Of a stretch of 64,000 bases of DNA, positions 37,911-56,739 are shown piece after piece (within the stretch, counting starts at the first letter, position 1; every line of letters begins with the position of its first letter). This DNA comes from Chrysomallon squamiferum. Taxonomy: Eukaryota > Animalia > Mollusca. The stretch covers positions 9,300,001 to 9,364,000 of the forward strand of contig CM022666.1 of the NCBI GenBank assembly GCA_012295275.1, in the 5' to 3' direction. The notes below the pieces were generated by a model. That model made no database searches, had not been told where the DNA came from, and saw only the letters and a list, made by a program, of their open reading frames with translations. The position numbers were made by a program, and so were the translations under genes.

Positions 37911-39752
37911 AACTGTAAATATATATTGCTATAGATTACTAGTGTAATATTTAAAATAAAACTCCAGAACAAAGGCAGGTCCTTTTTCAAAAAAAAAAAA
38001 AAAAAAGTTTTCACTTCTCTATATTTTACAAATACAGCCAAAATGTTTTCTCTAATTACACATTATACATATTTTTATATGTCAGCATTGAAAATATACT
38101 CATAAAAGTGTTTAGCTGTTTGTGATAAACAATGTATTCCAAAGACTTCAATTTCTTATGAGTAAATAAAAAGTTGATGATCTGAAAATATTTAAAATGT
38201 GTTTCTCTATATCTAAATTGTTTTTAAAATATACATCTCATTTGTTGGCATAATAATTCTTCTTTTAAATAATTTTTAAATGCATTTTTCTCTCTCTCTC
38301 ATCCCTTTACCTTTTTTTTCATTCGTGTTCCCTGCTTTTTTCCCCGTCTCACCCCCATCCTTTTTTTCTCTCAAATGTATATCCACAAACACAACACTGT
38401 TGTGTTTTTATAAAACTATTTATTGTGTAAATGTTTTCTTTTTTCTTGTATAAATTTAACAGTTCTACATACCACATACTGCTAGTCTTAATAAACAAGT
38501 TTGTACATACTGACGTGTTTGTTGTTTCTGTTGTTTTGAAGTGGGAAGGAAATACTAATGTAAAGAGATTTTATTTATTAGTGGACATGTCTATCTTATG
38601 ATTCAGTAGTAGTCTATCTGTGTCTTAGAACATAGGTATAAAACAGAAGACAATCAGATTAACAATCAGACTGCCATTAGAATAGATTGTCCATCCAGCC
38701 AAACTGAGAAACATTAAAATGTAACAAAATACATGAATATTTACACAGCATTAAAACCAACAAATTTTTGCCTAAAAATCAATACATAAACATGAAATAT
38801 TGAAGGAAAAAAAGATATGTGCACCAATTACATTATACATGTCTATAAATTATTTATATCTATAATAGGACAGGATAATATAGGATAATTTGGATCACAT
38901 AAAGATAATTAATTGAAGGTAACTCGTAATAAGTATGCTTCATTTCATCAGTATGCACATAAAATGCTTCCACCAATTTCATTCCTGCTACTAAATAATT
39001 TTAAAAAGTAGATGTCATGACCCTCTATCCCTTCAACTTGAAAGCTGCATAAAAAATAAATTAAGAAACAAACTAATGACTATAAAACAAATTGTTTTAT
39101 TCTTAGTATTAAACCATTGGTTACATTAATTTTTTGATATTAGTCGTTTTTTATTTAGTTTTTTTTTTATACATTTTTTAAAATTATTTAGTTAGTTTAT
39201 TATTCATTTACTTGAATTTTATTTATTTATTTATTTATTTTGCTAAAATTAGAGTATTTCATTTTCACACTCAATAAGCCCTCAGATAATCGATAACAAT
39301 AAGAAATTAATAAAAAAATAGAAGCACTAAATTTTGTGTGTTCCGATTTACCTTCATCACGTACTGTACAGAAAATCATCAAAATGATAAACACTAAAGT
39401 TGAAATAAATAAACATTATTTTACATAAACTTTCACGTGGACTTCCTTCGTTTTTATTGTAGTTCATTTTCAACGCGAAATAATTGTGTCGTCTGCTGCT
39501 TCCTTTGACGGACTGTGACGTAATGGTAGTCCGTCGAAAACTATAACTAAAACTATGGTAGACAACTAGTCTTCACTTACTGAAAACAACAGAATGGATG
39601 GGGATTTGTATGTCTGTCGTAATATTCCTATAGATTTCTTCTTCTTCTTCTTCTTCTTATTCTTATTATTGATATTTTTATTTATTTATTATTATTATTA
39701 TCAGCATCATCATTATCATCACTAAAGAAAAATACGGAGCGGCTGTTAACGG

Positions 39753-39819
<67 letters not shown>

Positions 39820-40231
39820 AAGCCGCCAGGGATTAAAGGAATATATTAATGAAATTTAAAAAAAGAAAAAAGAAACCTGATTCAGCTACTATTGAATTTA
39901 ATTTATTGATTCGGTAAATAGTACATTACATCGTTGTTTGGAAAGATGTCCGCAGTGCTAATCCATACTGTATGTGTTACATTCGCTCACAGGTGATTAA
40001 TTAAACTAACATTTCACATTGTACTGTCTCGAGCGTTGCTAGGAAACTAATGCCTTCCATTAAATACATGATGTACAGCTTCATTTAGGAGAAATATGGT
40101 AAATATTGACAAGATATCAGACGACGACGATGAAGAAGAAGAAGATTAAATTAATAATGAAAACAACAAAAGAAAAAGAAACCAACTAAAAACCTAGAAA
40201 ATAATAAATTGACCGAAAACATCATACGTGT

Positions 40232-40851
40232 TCATCTATGTAACTGTTTTGTAGAAGATGTCAACGTTGTTGCTGCTGTCATTTCCAGCGTAGTGGATGA
40301 CATTTTCTTGTAGTGCTCGGATGCCTTTTTGATAACATCGGCCACAATTACCGCTGCTCTCTCTTAGTTTAAGAAATAAAAAAGGAAGAATAAAATCAGA
40401 TGCGGACCTACTTTTCATATTGTATTATGTTTCAAACATAACAATTATGGTCACAAAGTATGTAGTAAAACCGTTATATATAATTTTTTCACATATAATT
40501 TAAACATCAGTATTTCAAAGGGAAAAGAAATAATCATTACATCCTAAATAATACAGTTTATTACTTACTATGTACGTCATAAAAGAAAGAATGGAGAAAA
40601 AAAGCTACAGAAAATATTTTTTACAACAATTTGACATAACCATTATGACTAAATGGATTCATAATGTTGATTTTATCTTTTAAAAATCTAAAATAGTCCT
40701 TAAAAGCATTCGTTTGAAAAACGAAACAAATAAAAGAGGGGAAAGGGAAACGCATACCTTTAAGTTTTAAAGATTCAGCAGCTGTCAAATCTTTTTCGTC
40801 ACATTCCGAACTCACTCGGCTGTTCCCGTAAATAGGTCGCTGATGGCACAT
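40232..40851 (-). CDS. Putative small AKAP-like protein, ~74 aa, two coding exons (40851-40758, 40362-40232)
   Basis: Exon 40880-40758 (ttttacatcag acceptor, AAG|gtatgc donor) splices in phase 1 to a pyrimidine-tract/taag acceptor, with the next exon starting at 40362. Product: MCHQRPIYGNSRVSSECDEKDLTAAESLKLKERAAVIVADVIKKASEHYKKMSSTTLEMTAATTLTSSTKQLHR*. The AxxIVxxVIxxA RII-binding pattern sits just after the junction. The true start may lie further upstream. Confidence 0.55.
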
Positions 40852-42552
40852 TGGGTGTTGAGTTTTCGGATTTATCGTCCCTGATGTAAAATAATAATTA
40901 TTATCAAAATTATTATAATTAATGAAATTGAAGTAACTGTTTTTGTAATGGTGATAACTATAATTATGATAATAAAAATGATGCTGATGATATTAAATTA
41001 GTAATAAGTAAGGCAGGAAAACCAGGGTCTAACCACGAACACCAATAATTTTACTAATGCTAAAGTGTTCTTTTTATTTCGAGTATTTATTTTATTTTAT
41101 TTTTTACTCGAATATGATTTAAATGGAAACATATTTATACGTAATACGAATATTATTTAATTGGAAATAATATATAAATACATAACTCGAATATGATTTA
41201 ACTGCAAATATTATAGACGTATTTAAGTTTACTTTATTAAAACACATGAAATAAGTATATGCTTACGAGGGCCTCAGACTACATTATCAGAGGATGGATC
41301 TGCACTTTTTGGGGAAGTCTTACTGCTAATACAGGGGCGGCAGTGCATTTCCTCTGTCAAATCATTATTATAAACAGAAATAAATAAATAAATACATTTT
41401 AAAAACAATAATAATAATAAAATTTAAAATACAAAAAAGATGAAAGAAAAACATACTTATGACTGACACCTTATAAAAAAATTTAATGTTAGAATAACAG
41501 TTTTTATTTTTTTATTATAATTGTTGTTTTTTTGTTTTTTTTCATTCATCAAAGCGACAGAAGTGTTTACATCATCACTGTTTTTTTTGTTGTTGTTGTT
41601 TTGTTGTTGTTATGTTCGTTTTATTTTTTATTTATTTATTTATTTTTTTTTTGCAGTGATAAATAAACTGCCGGTATTGATGGCTACTGCCTGCACTATG
41701 TTAAAAACACATGATGAACCGCCACTGACAAAAACAGTGTTGTTGTTATTTTATGAAAATATACCGCTTACAGCGTCTCTTGATAAATCAAACGTCTAAA
41801 GGAATAATTATTAAATCCTCCAGAGACAAAACAGCGCGTGATCTGAAAACAAAATAATAAAATGCTCGCTACTTGGTTTGTTCTTGAAAAGAAGATGCGA
41901 AAAAATCCACATCTCAGGGGTTCTTTGATGTAGATAACGTTCTCTCAGAGCTCTTTGCTGCGCATTATGACGTCACGTTTATCAACGAAAGCTTACCCTT
42001 ATCAAAAATTAAATTACAGACGTGTCTGCTAATTAGTAACCATGACAACGTCTTTCTGGTCTGTCATCGTTAGTGAGAAATTTGTGTGCTTAACTTAAGA
42101 AAGGGGGAAAAAAAAGAGAAAAGAAATAGTTTTAATTTATTTTAAAGACACATTTTTCATAATTTTATTATGTTTCTTAATAATTAAGTAAAAGAATAAA
42201 ACAATAAAACAATAAATAAATAAATAAAATACCAAAATATATGTTTATTGGATTTATTGATTATTTTCTGACTTATGTGGAAACCAACGCCGTTTGTAAA
42301 GGTTTAAAACTAATAACTTGACTTGATTTTGTTTTAACGTTTATTCTATCTAATTAAACAAAGGTGGAAAACCGACTATGGTCACAAGTGGTAAACGATA
42401 ATTACGGAGTTTTTAGCATGAATTTGATCCAAGACATGGAAATTATAATTTATTGTTTTTATACTATATACTATATGCGCCATTCTTTAATTAGCATAGT
42501 GCTAATCTTCTCTTTCTCTTTCTCACTTCACACTCACATGTATGTATAAAAC

Positions 42553-42583
<31 letters not shown>

Positions 42584-43604
42584 CGGTTCAAAATATACCT
42601 GAAAACGACACAAATACTTAAGGACTAAAAGGTGTCAATAATTCAGCAACTGATTAAGTAAAATTAGTTATAAAAATAAAACCTTTACGGTCTTTTGTAA
42701 ACTTCATTGAAATTGGTAAAAAACATAAAATGATATGATTACAGATCAACTTTAGTTCAGAATATACAATCTGAGTATCTCAAAGAATGCTTTATTCATA
42801 GCTTTTGTTTTTTTATATTCCAAAAGAAAAATATAATAATATAAAATAAAATAAAATAAAATTCATGATTATATAATATGAAAATGTGTTAAGAAAAACA
42901 CAGACACAAATAAGATATTTTTAAAATTAACTTACTTGAAACTGTCTCTTCACAACATAGAAAGCAACGGCAGAATTCAGTCGCTGATGATGATAATATC
43001 TTGTACAAACTGGAAGGAACTGGGTTGTTCAAATAGCACCGCGTGTTCGATTGATAGCTGAATTGTTAGTATTATCGACTGAATGGAGTTGAAGGCTCAA
43101 ACTGCTGACGTCAGAAAAGGAGGGGATTTGCTGCCTGTCTGCTTTATCGAACAGAATAGGTTTTATTATCTTACTCCTGTTTCCATCAGTGAAAGAAAAC
43201 TCTTTGATTTTATTTAGACTATAAAACCAATTTCAGTAAACTTGCAGATGAAAGACTTGACAGAGGGCATTCTTTTCAGCACATCGTAATTTTATTTTAT
43301 CGCAAGGGCAAGGATAACGAGATAAAATGCCAGAAGAAATTTTTAACTTGTCAAATAAACCAAATTTTTCCTTTCATGGTGTTTGTTGTATAAAGATCCG
43401 AAGTTTAGCATCGACCCTTTGTCTGTACGACTATCTAGAGGTATGAAGCAGTGTCGTTGTGGCTGAACCTGCAACGAATTCTGAACAAAAATAAATAAAA
43501 AATAAAAAGTACTTAAAGAAAAACGATTCATTGAACAGACCAATTTTGACCGCTGATATTAGTTTATATGAGTCTTCTTTACTCAGGTACCAATAATGTA
43601 AGAA

Positions 43605-43610
<6 letters not shown>

Positions 43611-43697
<87 letters not shown>
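43611..43697. repeat. (AG)n microsatellite, representative of many SSRs in the window
   Basis: Also (AG)n 39756-39817, (CT)n 23530-23576, 54522-54562 and 61151-61230, (TAT)n 22720-22776 and many (TAA)/(TTA)/(CA)/(TA) runs. Confidence 0.95.
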
Positions 43698-43700
<3 letters not shown>

Positions 43701-45894
43701 ATGCAAGAGTAAAAAGTTGATGACATCTGAGAAACTGTGGACTTGCCCTAGTTATACAGAAGTAAAAAGCTATGTGAACTAATACTTTTTTTCCCTAAAA
43801 ATAAGATATTTTGTTCTGTACTAAGTAAAACGTTTGTCCACATAGTTCAAACACACCGTTTGTACCGTTTTATTAAGTATCTTTTGTTATGTGACCATAT
43901 TAATAAAAAGAAAGCGCGTGTGTGTATATGTATACATGTAAATGCACCTTTCGTAACAATAATGAAAATAAAAATAATGATGATGATAATAAAAATAATA
44001 TTAATAATAACAATAACAACAGTAATATTTAAGTCATTCAACAGTAACCCACTTAAACAGAATAACTCTTACGTTATCAGAAAAATACAATTTTCTATAA
44101 AAAAACAATGTCTCTAAAATCACGTTTAATTTTCACTGTGACAGAGACGCATTAGAGTCAAAACAATGAACAATGCTGTAGACAGTCACAAGATTCACAC
44201 ATGTAATTTATTCATTCGTTAGTTTACAGAAATACGAAAGTGGAAACATTTCATGTATTTGTGTTATCTAAAATATTTCATTTACAATGGGTCTTTTCTT
44301 GTTTTAGGAGGAGTATCTTTATTCTGTTTTTAGTTTATTATTGTTATCATTATTATTAATAACCAGATCTGACGATCATTTATCTGAAAAACTCTGACAT
44401 CCGATACATTTTTTGATGAGCAGAAACAGTGATATCTTACAGTCTTCGGATTATTTTGCATAGCTTTTTTTTTTTATGCACAGAATTTTTAAAACTATTA
44501 TATATTTAAAAATCCCGCAGTGTTTTTGTTTACGTTGTAATGGAAATTTAAATGGAAATCGTATTTAGACTTAGATTTTAAACTCAGGCTATCCCCTTAC
44601 ATTTCAAAATCAAGATAATTCAGATCTCAAGCATTTCAGATAAGGCTGTACACTTTTCTAAATAAAACTCATTTGCAGACTATATTTATGATTTTTCTGA
44701 AAGTAAATAACGTATCGATCTTTGCTTTCAATTAGTAAGAAGAAGGTGACTGGAAAACTGTATTAACTATGGAGTTCCAGACACCACTCGGATGACAGAA
44801 AATAGGTGGAGAATACTGTACAACAATATTTTGTTCTTTCCGCTGTATGTTTGGAAACAGCTGTTCCATGTGACTGACATCAACGTGACCAGCGTCAGGC
44901 TCTTCAGTCTCAACTCCTCGTGATGTCTCAAAATAAAATCTCGCCTTCTCAGTCTGATGAGACTTTTTGTTCTTTTTAGAAAACGCTTTCGTTTTCAAGT
45001 CTTTGTTTGTTGGGGTTTTTCTGGTTGTTTTGTTGTATTTTTTCTTTGTTTTTTTAACATAATGATTCTCCGAAACATGTTTAGTTTTTGTTTTAATTAT
45101 TTTTGCATTTTGTTTTTCTTTTTAATACTGATATGTTTTGAAAAAGTGTCAACACTCTTATTTAGTTATTATTTTAAGTTCTATTTTATTTTAAATTTGA
45201 TTTGTTTTGGTCGATTTATTTCAACTAGGTGTTGAACCTTCTATGTTATTAGACGATTTCAGAATATGACAATATTTAATCTGGTAAGAAATCTAGTTTG
45301 ATAACGAGGACGACAACTTTATGTGTTTAACAATGCATTTAAACATTTTAATTAAAATACACTAATAATTCAATACAGATTATATAATGCAAACTTTAAC
45401 ACAGAGAAAGAGACATTAACACTTTATAAAGAAATCCAAGTTATTTGATAAAGGCAGATTACTGGAGTTCGGCATAATATTTTATAATGAGATGCAAATT
45501 TTGAAATTCATTTAATCGATTTATTATTATTATTTTTAAATATATTTTAAAAAAAAAGATTAGAAGATATATATATAGTTTAAGGTTCTGAATTGAATTT
45601 TTATAATTAAATTGTCCATTCAGCTTTATTATTATATATACTTTATTTTGTTTTTAAAAGAAATAACAAGTTTATTTCATTATTTAATAACGGCAGTTTA
45701 ATGTTGGGTATTCAAAATGTAGATAATATTAAGGTAGTTTGATACTGAGAAGTAGAATTCGTCCATTTTAACTGGACGACGGCTTTCTACATCATTTAAC
45801 ATACTTTGATATTTTTATTCCAATGTAAAAACTGTAGGAAATAATTTAAACTGATTTAGAGTTATCTCAACCCAAAAAAAAAAAAAAAAAAAAT

Positions 45895-46102
45895 GTGACG
45901 TTTTACACACTCTTCGGTATCGATGACGTTTTGTACATACTACGAGAAAATACAAAACAAAGCAGACAGCTGATATGATCATGAACTAATTTTAGCATCG
46001 ATAGCTTGCATTTTGACCGACTTACATAAACTGGATCACTAGGTTTGTTTTGAAAGAACTAAAACTTAACCAATGTTTTTATTTACCGTCAGAAGTATTC
46101 AG
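45895..46102 (+). promoter_or_regulatory. Probable MOSPD promoter and non-coding first exon
   Basis: CpG-retaining segment with DRE-like ATCGAT motifs and TGACGT half-sites, ending in a consensus donor CAG|gtaagt after 46102; next acceptor tttcag at 47667 precedes the ATG. Confidence 0.5.
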
Positions 46103-47709
46103 GTAAGTACCGCATATTCTAGAAATTTGACTGAAATGTAAACAAAATATTAACAATTAATGAATTATCATTTTATTTGACATTTATTGACCGCAGACTG
46201 TTTAATTCAGTCACAGTGAATCGCATATTGTAAAGAAAACACATCCAAAATGACAGTTAGTCGCAGTTCCGTTTTACTAACTATAGGAAACATAAACTTA
46301 ATCATACTGGATGCAGATCGATGTTTTTTTATTTTTTTATCACGAATAATCAGAATACTAAATTAATTTTAGAGTTTTGTTCAGGATATTACAAACAAAA
46401 CAAAGGAAAAATAATAATCATAATTAAAATAAAAAAATAAATATAAAAAATAGTCTTTCAGTTATTCATATTGTTTGTTTAAAAAACAATAGTGAGTAAA
46501 CAAAAATCTATTTCATTATTTACTTTTAAACGTTTATCAGTGTTGAAATGAAAATTATTCAGATTATTTTTAATTTTACGAAATTGTTCCAATGCTAATT
46601 TACACTGTCTATTGGTAAACAAAAGACATATTTCTTGACTTTGTTTTTCAATTTGACTCCATCATAAACATAATAGAAATTATTCAGTTTACATTTATTT
46701 TTTAAAATTATTAATGGCTACAAATATTAACTGAGACTTAAAAAAAATATAAAAATAAAGAAAATATTTTGAGAAGAATTTTGTCAGTAAGATTAGCTGT
46801 TTTAAAATTGTTAATTAAAGTTTTAGAAAAGAGAAACATTCAGTTTCTGTCAGTACATCCCTCTTTACCCTTGTGTATTTACATATTTTAGCATGTTGGT
46901 TTTACATGTTCATTAATATATTATTATTATTATTATTACAAAAAACAAACAACAACAACAAAATAATAATATATTCTACCAAATGAAAAATAAAGCTAAG
47001 CACACATACTTCATTTGAAAATGAATTGATTAAACTTGAAGTTTTGATGAAAACATTTTGATAAATTCTCATATTGCTGTTAGTGCAACAGTAAAGAGAT
47101 ATGATTGTTTTTAGCTGTAAAATAAATATTTTTATCAAAGTTCTGACAAACTGTCTTTACTGACAAAAGTTTTTCTTTTAATTCAAGGAGGTTAAATAGC
47201 AAGTTCTGTAAAGCATAGGCTAAAGTGAATTCTAAATTTATTTTCTTCAGTATTAAAGGTAGCATACTGCTGGAGAAAATAAATTTATCTTTAACATATT
47301 ATATCTTTATTCTTTCATGCTCATAGCAAAATATTGTGAAAAACCGATGTTTCTTCAGACCTTTATAAACAGCAAACATTACAAGGAATTATTCTAAAAC
47401 TTTAGAAAATGTCTGATGTTGTTATTAAACTCTTGACTAGCAATTGATAACAGACATCCAACTATTTGACTGAATATTATAGAAGTATCCAGACATTGTA
47501 CTGTACTGATAAAAATATCATCTGACACACCAGAAATTCTACTACAGCACAGAGTATTGTGATCTTGAAAGTTGCCATCATATGTATAAGAGAAATCAGA
47601 ATCATGATTGTTGAAGAGTAATCAGTAAAGATACTCAAGGGACTCACTTAGTTTTGTTTTGTTTCAGATTTTCTCTACTCCTGTGTGCCTGAAAGCAGAT
47701 GAGGTCTAG

Positions 47710-52282
<4,573 letters not shown>

Positions 52283-54514
52283 CAATATCTACTTGTAGAG
52301 TTCATTTTACTCATGGAAAGTAATAAATACTTTTCCTGTGAGTTGTTGTTTCATCTCCACTATCTGATGGACAGTCTTTCAATGTTTAGTCAGTGGTTTT
52401 TCTCATTTTTATATATTCTCACATTTGTTCATGACAATGTAAATTATGCTTAACGTGTGCAATAAATGTCAGTTTTAAAACCAAACAGTATTGATGTTTT
52501 GTTACTTTGTTTTGTACCTTAAAATATAATAGTTATACTTTATAGTGTAACAGAGTAACATTTATTCTTTATAGTGTAACAGTAATATTTATACTTAACA
52601 GTGTAACAGAGTAACTCTTGTAACATTTGTATTTTATAGTGTAACATATCAGTTTTAACCTATGCTGACAAGACGTTTATCAAACTGTAATGAAGTGTTT
52701 TATTACTGGAGGTACATGCAAACCAGAAAATAGCAAAATGTTTTGTGTGTATCATAAAAAGAAAATAATTTTTATGTCTGTCATAAATTGTAATGGTGTT
52801 AACATACGATTAAGGACAACTGAGTCTTCTTGAGAGGACACATTGACATTACTTCCATAACTTTCCGATTAACATCATAAACCTCAAATGCCGTTGATGA
52901 AACACGAACGTTTGGCACCCATTCGACCGCATATCGTAGGTGGACGATGCATTAATATTTTGGATTCGAATTTTGATTATACGCTACTGAAATGTCAGTT
53001 TAATGGTCAGAATTTATGTTTTCCTTTTTTGTTTCGGTTCGTGACATGCATGTGTGTATGCACGAAGCAAAATAACTAAAAACAATAATAATTTAAAAAT
53101 ATGAAATAAAGAAACAGAGTATAATTTAAAATAATAACGTCGTTTAATTATAGTGGGTACATGTACTCCAAACCGCCCGCATTAGTGGTCCGCTATATTA
53201 TTTTTACCTATTCGTACTGATTAATTTATTTGGGGTCATATTTGAAGAGAATATATATATCTTATCTTTTAGTTTATTGGATGAATGTTCCCTCATTTTG
53301 TGAATCAGAGGTGATTTCGGTAGCTGCCATTTCGTTATGGATCACCGATATATCACTGAAAACAACAGTTTTTCACCTCCTTAAGGACAGTGAAATTGAA
53401 GCTTAAAGCAACAACGTAGCCAAACGATGACTAAGACAGATGACATGAAGGCGATTCTTCGCAACCAGACCCTCGTGAATTCTGATTGAAGGTTCTTGTT
53501 TGTGAGCAAAATGATCATTATTTTCGTAACATCTCAATTTAACCTCTTAAAATTACTATTTAAATAATCATGTCAAGGTTGAAATGGTACCGGAGCTGGT
53601 ATTGTGCCTCTCTGACATGGTTAATGAATCATCAAGGTTATTTAGGCACATCACTACTCGGCAAAACGTTGCTTACAGGCTATATGGAGGTGAATTTTTT
53701 TCATATAAACTGTAAAGATTTTGAATATTTTATTTATTGTTCATGTCTGAAAATCAAATAAATAAATAATATTAAAACTTTAACAAAACAAAAATACGGT
53801 CACGTGACTTCAGTTTCTCAAACATTGATTTTGCCTAATTGACTTCTCCGTTGTGGTATTTTTTGATTTTTTTTTTTTGATTTGATTTTTCTCTGGTTGT
53901 GGCAATGCCTTGGAAGTAAATATTGGAACTGACGATGGAATAAATATGGTTAATTAGTATCAGTGAGAAAAACTTATTATGTCTGACACTTGATTCAAGA
54001 CGTGATGCTACTCATTATGAACTACGTATTACGTAATGAATAATAAATAACATAGTAAGTAATATATTTCCTTATTCATTTCCTGCAACTTAAATTGAAA
54101 ATTGATGAAATATCAAGAACTTAAAGGAAGAAAACTGCAGCTTTCTAAAGAAAAAAGTTCAACGACAAAAAATAACATTTCAGATTTTCTAATTTAACCC
54201 ATTATCTATATCTTTTCACTCTGATTAATTTGGTATAAAATTTATATTTGTAATAGAATAGAAATGGGTTTATGATTTTCAAAGATTTATTATTATTTTT
54301 TTAATGATAATTGTTTGTTCTTTTTCTTCTTTTTTATGAAGATGATTTTAAAGAGATAATTAATAGGTGTTGGCGGCGTATTACTGATACGCCAGGTAAA
54401 GTCAGTACGATAAAGTCGTTGAGCCCAACGTTACGTCATTTCTCAAACTATTAGGTCATTGTACGTAGACAAAGTAGTCAATGCACTGAAATGAAAACGT
54501 TCATGCAAATAAAA

Positions 54515-54594
<80 letters not shown>

Positions 54595-54796
54595 CTTTGC
54601 ATTTTGAAAATATTACTTCTTTTTCCAGTTTTATCTACAGGCGTACGTCCACCTGCATTATAATGAACTGCCTATCAACATTTTAAAATATAAAACATAT
54701 TACAAAGAACACTACAAAGAATTCATATAGCAGTTTACAATTTTCTTGATTACGTCAAAGATATTTACCAAGTAGCTTACTCTGTTATTAGCTATG

Positions 54797-54867
<71 letters not shown>

Positions 54868-55204
54868 AAATAAAATAATATTTAGGACACACGAAAAATC
54901 TATTCAATTTCTTCGTAACCATTAAACTGAATCTATATTATTTTGAGTCCTACTGACAATTATAGACAAACATTTTTCGATATTTCTTAACATACATGTG
55001 TATACATACATATGTGTTTATGTACTTTTTATGTATGTGTGTATGTATGTATGTTTGTATGTATGTATGTATGTATGTATGTATGTATGTATGTATGTAT
55101 GTATAGACTTATTAAATATGTAAACAAAATCATGTTTACGATTAAATAGATTTAAGTTTACTGTTTAATACAAAGATAGCCTTGCAGAAAATCTAAGACG
55201 AATG

Positions 55205-55420
55205 AAAAAAGGGCTCGGTGTTTGAATGCTGGACTCACGGATCGCTATCGAGCTGTTCTCCGATATACTGCTGTTTCATCAAAATCCTGGGTGTGGGAAG
55301 ATGCATGTAAAAGATCTCTTACTGCTAATGGGATCAATTAGTATTTTGTATGGCCGGGGAGAGTTTTCTCTCTCAGTACCAGTCCACGGTCAAAATTATG
55401 ACACCATGTAAATGTAACAA
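55205..55420 (+). mobile_element. Decayed SINE-like element with Meta-domain-like core
   Basis: tcctgggtgtgggaagatgcatgtaaaagatctcttactgctaatg...ttttctctctca resembles, from memory, the central domain of Meta-type SINEs common in molluscs; no library search run. Confidence 0.5.
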
Positions 55421-55739
55421 AGATTACAAATAATATATATATATATACATACATACGTAAATATTTACATACATACATACATCTTCATATAGCATCATTC
55501 ACATAATTAAGCAAAGACATATCGGACGATCAAAGGATATCGTCTGCTTTTGAAGCAACAAAGACGAATTCGATAACTAAATTATTTAGAGTGTTTCGAA
55601 ATAGCAGCCTCCTCCTCTAAACTCGAAAATAGCTGCTCAAAATAATACAAACCTCTATAAATCAAGAATTTATACGCGAATAGGAAAAGATAGTTTAAAT
55701 TTAGTACGAAACGGAGGCAAGAATAACTTTTCTGTTGAC

Positions 55740-55947
55740 ACTGCCAATCCAACAGACGGCTGTTGGCGAAAGTTGACGGAGATAGACGGAGATTGGTTAG
55801 TCCGTAATAACTCACTGATTAGTGGTTATTTGAAGAGGAAATCAGCCAGTATAAAAAGTTCTTTGAAGCGACTCCGCCTAAGCAAGCACAGAAAACTGAA
55901 TTCTGTTTTCTTCCTCTCTCAGACAGCTATCGAGTTCGTTTAAACAG
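55740..55947 (+). promoter_or_regulatory. TATA/CCAAT promoter and short non-coding first exon, probably of the peptide precursor gene
   Basis: CCAAT near 55744, reverse CCAAT (ATTGG) near 55792, TATAAAAA at 55850, donor CAG|gtcagt after 55947. The link to the acceptor at 62238 is inferred. Confidence 0.45.
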
Positions 55948-56685
55948 GTCAGTTATGTCTAAGGTTTTTATATAAGTGTAATATTATGCTATTACTGACT
56001 ATAAAAATATACGATAATACAAGTTTAACATATTCTTCATAGACAATATATGTATGTATGTATGCAATTTGTTTGCAAAGAATAATTAAGAATTAAAAAG
56101 TTTTATTTATTACAAATTTTAAACAGCCATCTAGATGTTTTTGTATCATAATATAAAACAAACTTTTATGACTTTCAGAAAATACAAGAAAAATATTTTT
56201 TTAGTGTTCCAAAAAGTTAAAAAATAACAACAAATCGGATAAAATTAAATGTTAACTTAGATTATTCTGATTTGATATTATCTATTAAAGGATAAAATAT
56301 TGTATAAAATTCTAAATTTGTACAGGGACACATGTATGTCAACAGTTCCAAATTCAAATAGATATCTCTTTGGTATATTCGTTTTTTGACTGATATTAAA
56401 ATGACCGCTACTTTATAAAAATATACAAATATAACATATTTAGTTATTTAGTACGTAATACAAAATTTACAATACATGGCTGTTATGAATGATAAATATG
56501 TAATTGTTAATGACTGAGATTTTTACAATTATAGTCTCAAATAGAGATTAATAATTTCAGAGAATACAGTATTAAGAAATATAGTCTTAAAAATATTTAT
56601 TAATGACAGATAATTCAAATATATAATATAAATGATAAAATAAATTAATAATACTGTTTTTTTTGTGTTTTTTTTTTTTTTTTAT

Positions 56686-56739
<54 letters not shown>

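Noticed and set aside
44732-44998. GC-richer segment with an 88-aa minus-strand ORF
   Set aside because: No recognisable protein similarity or convincing splice sites linking it to neighbouring genes; may be regulatory or a repeat
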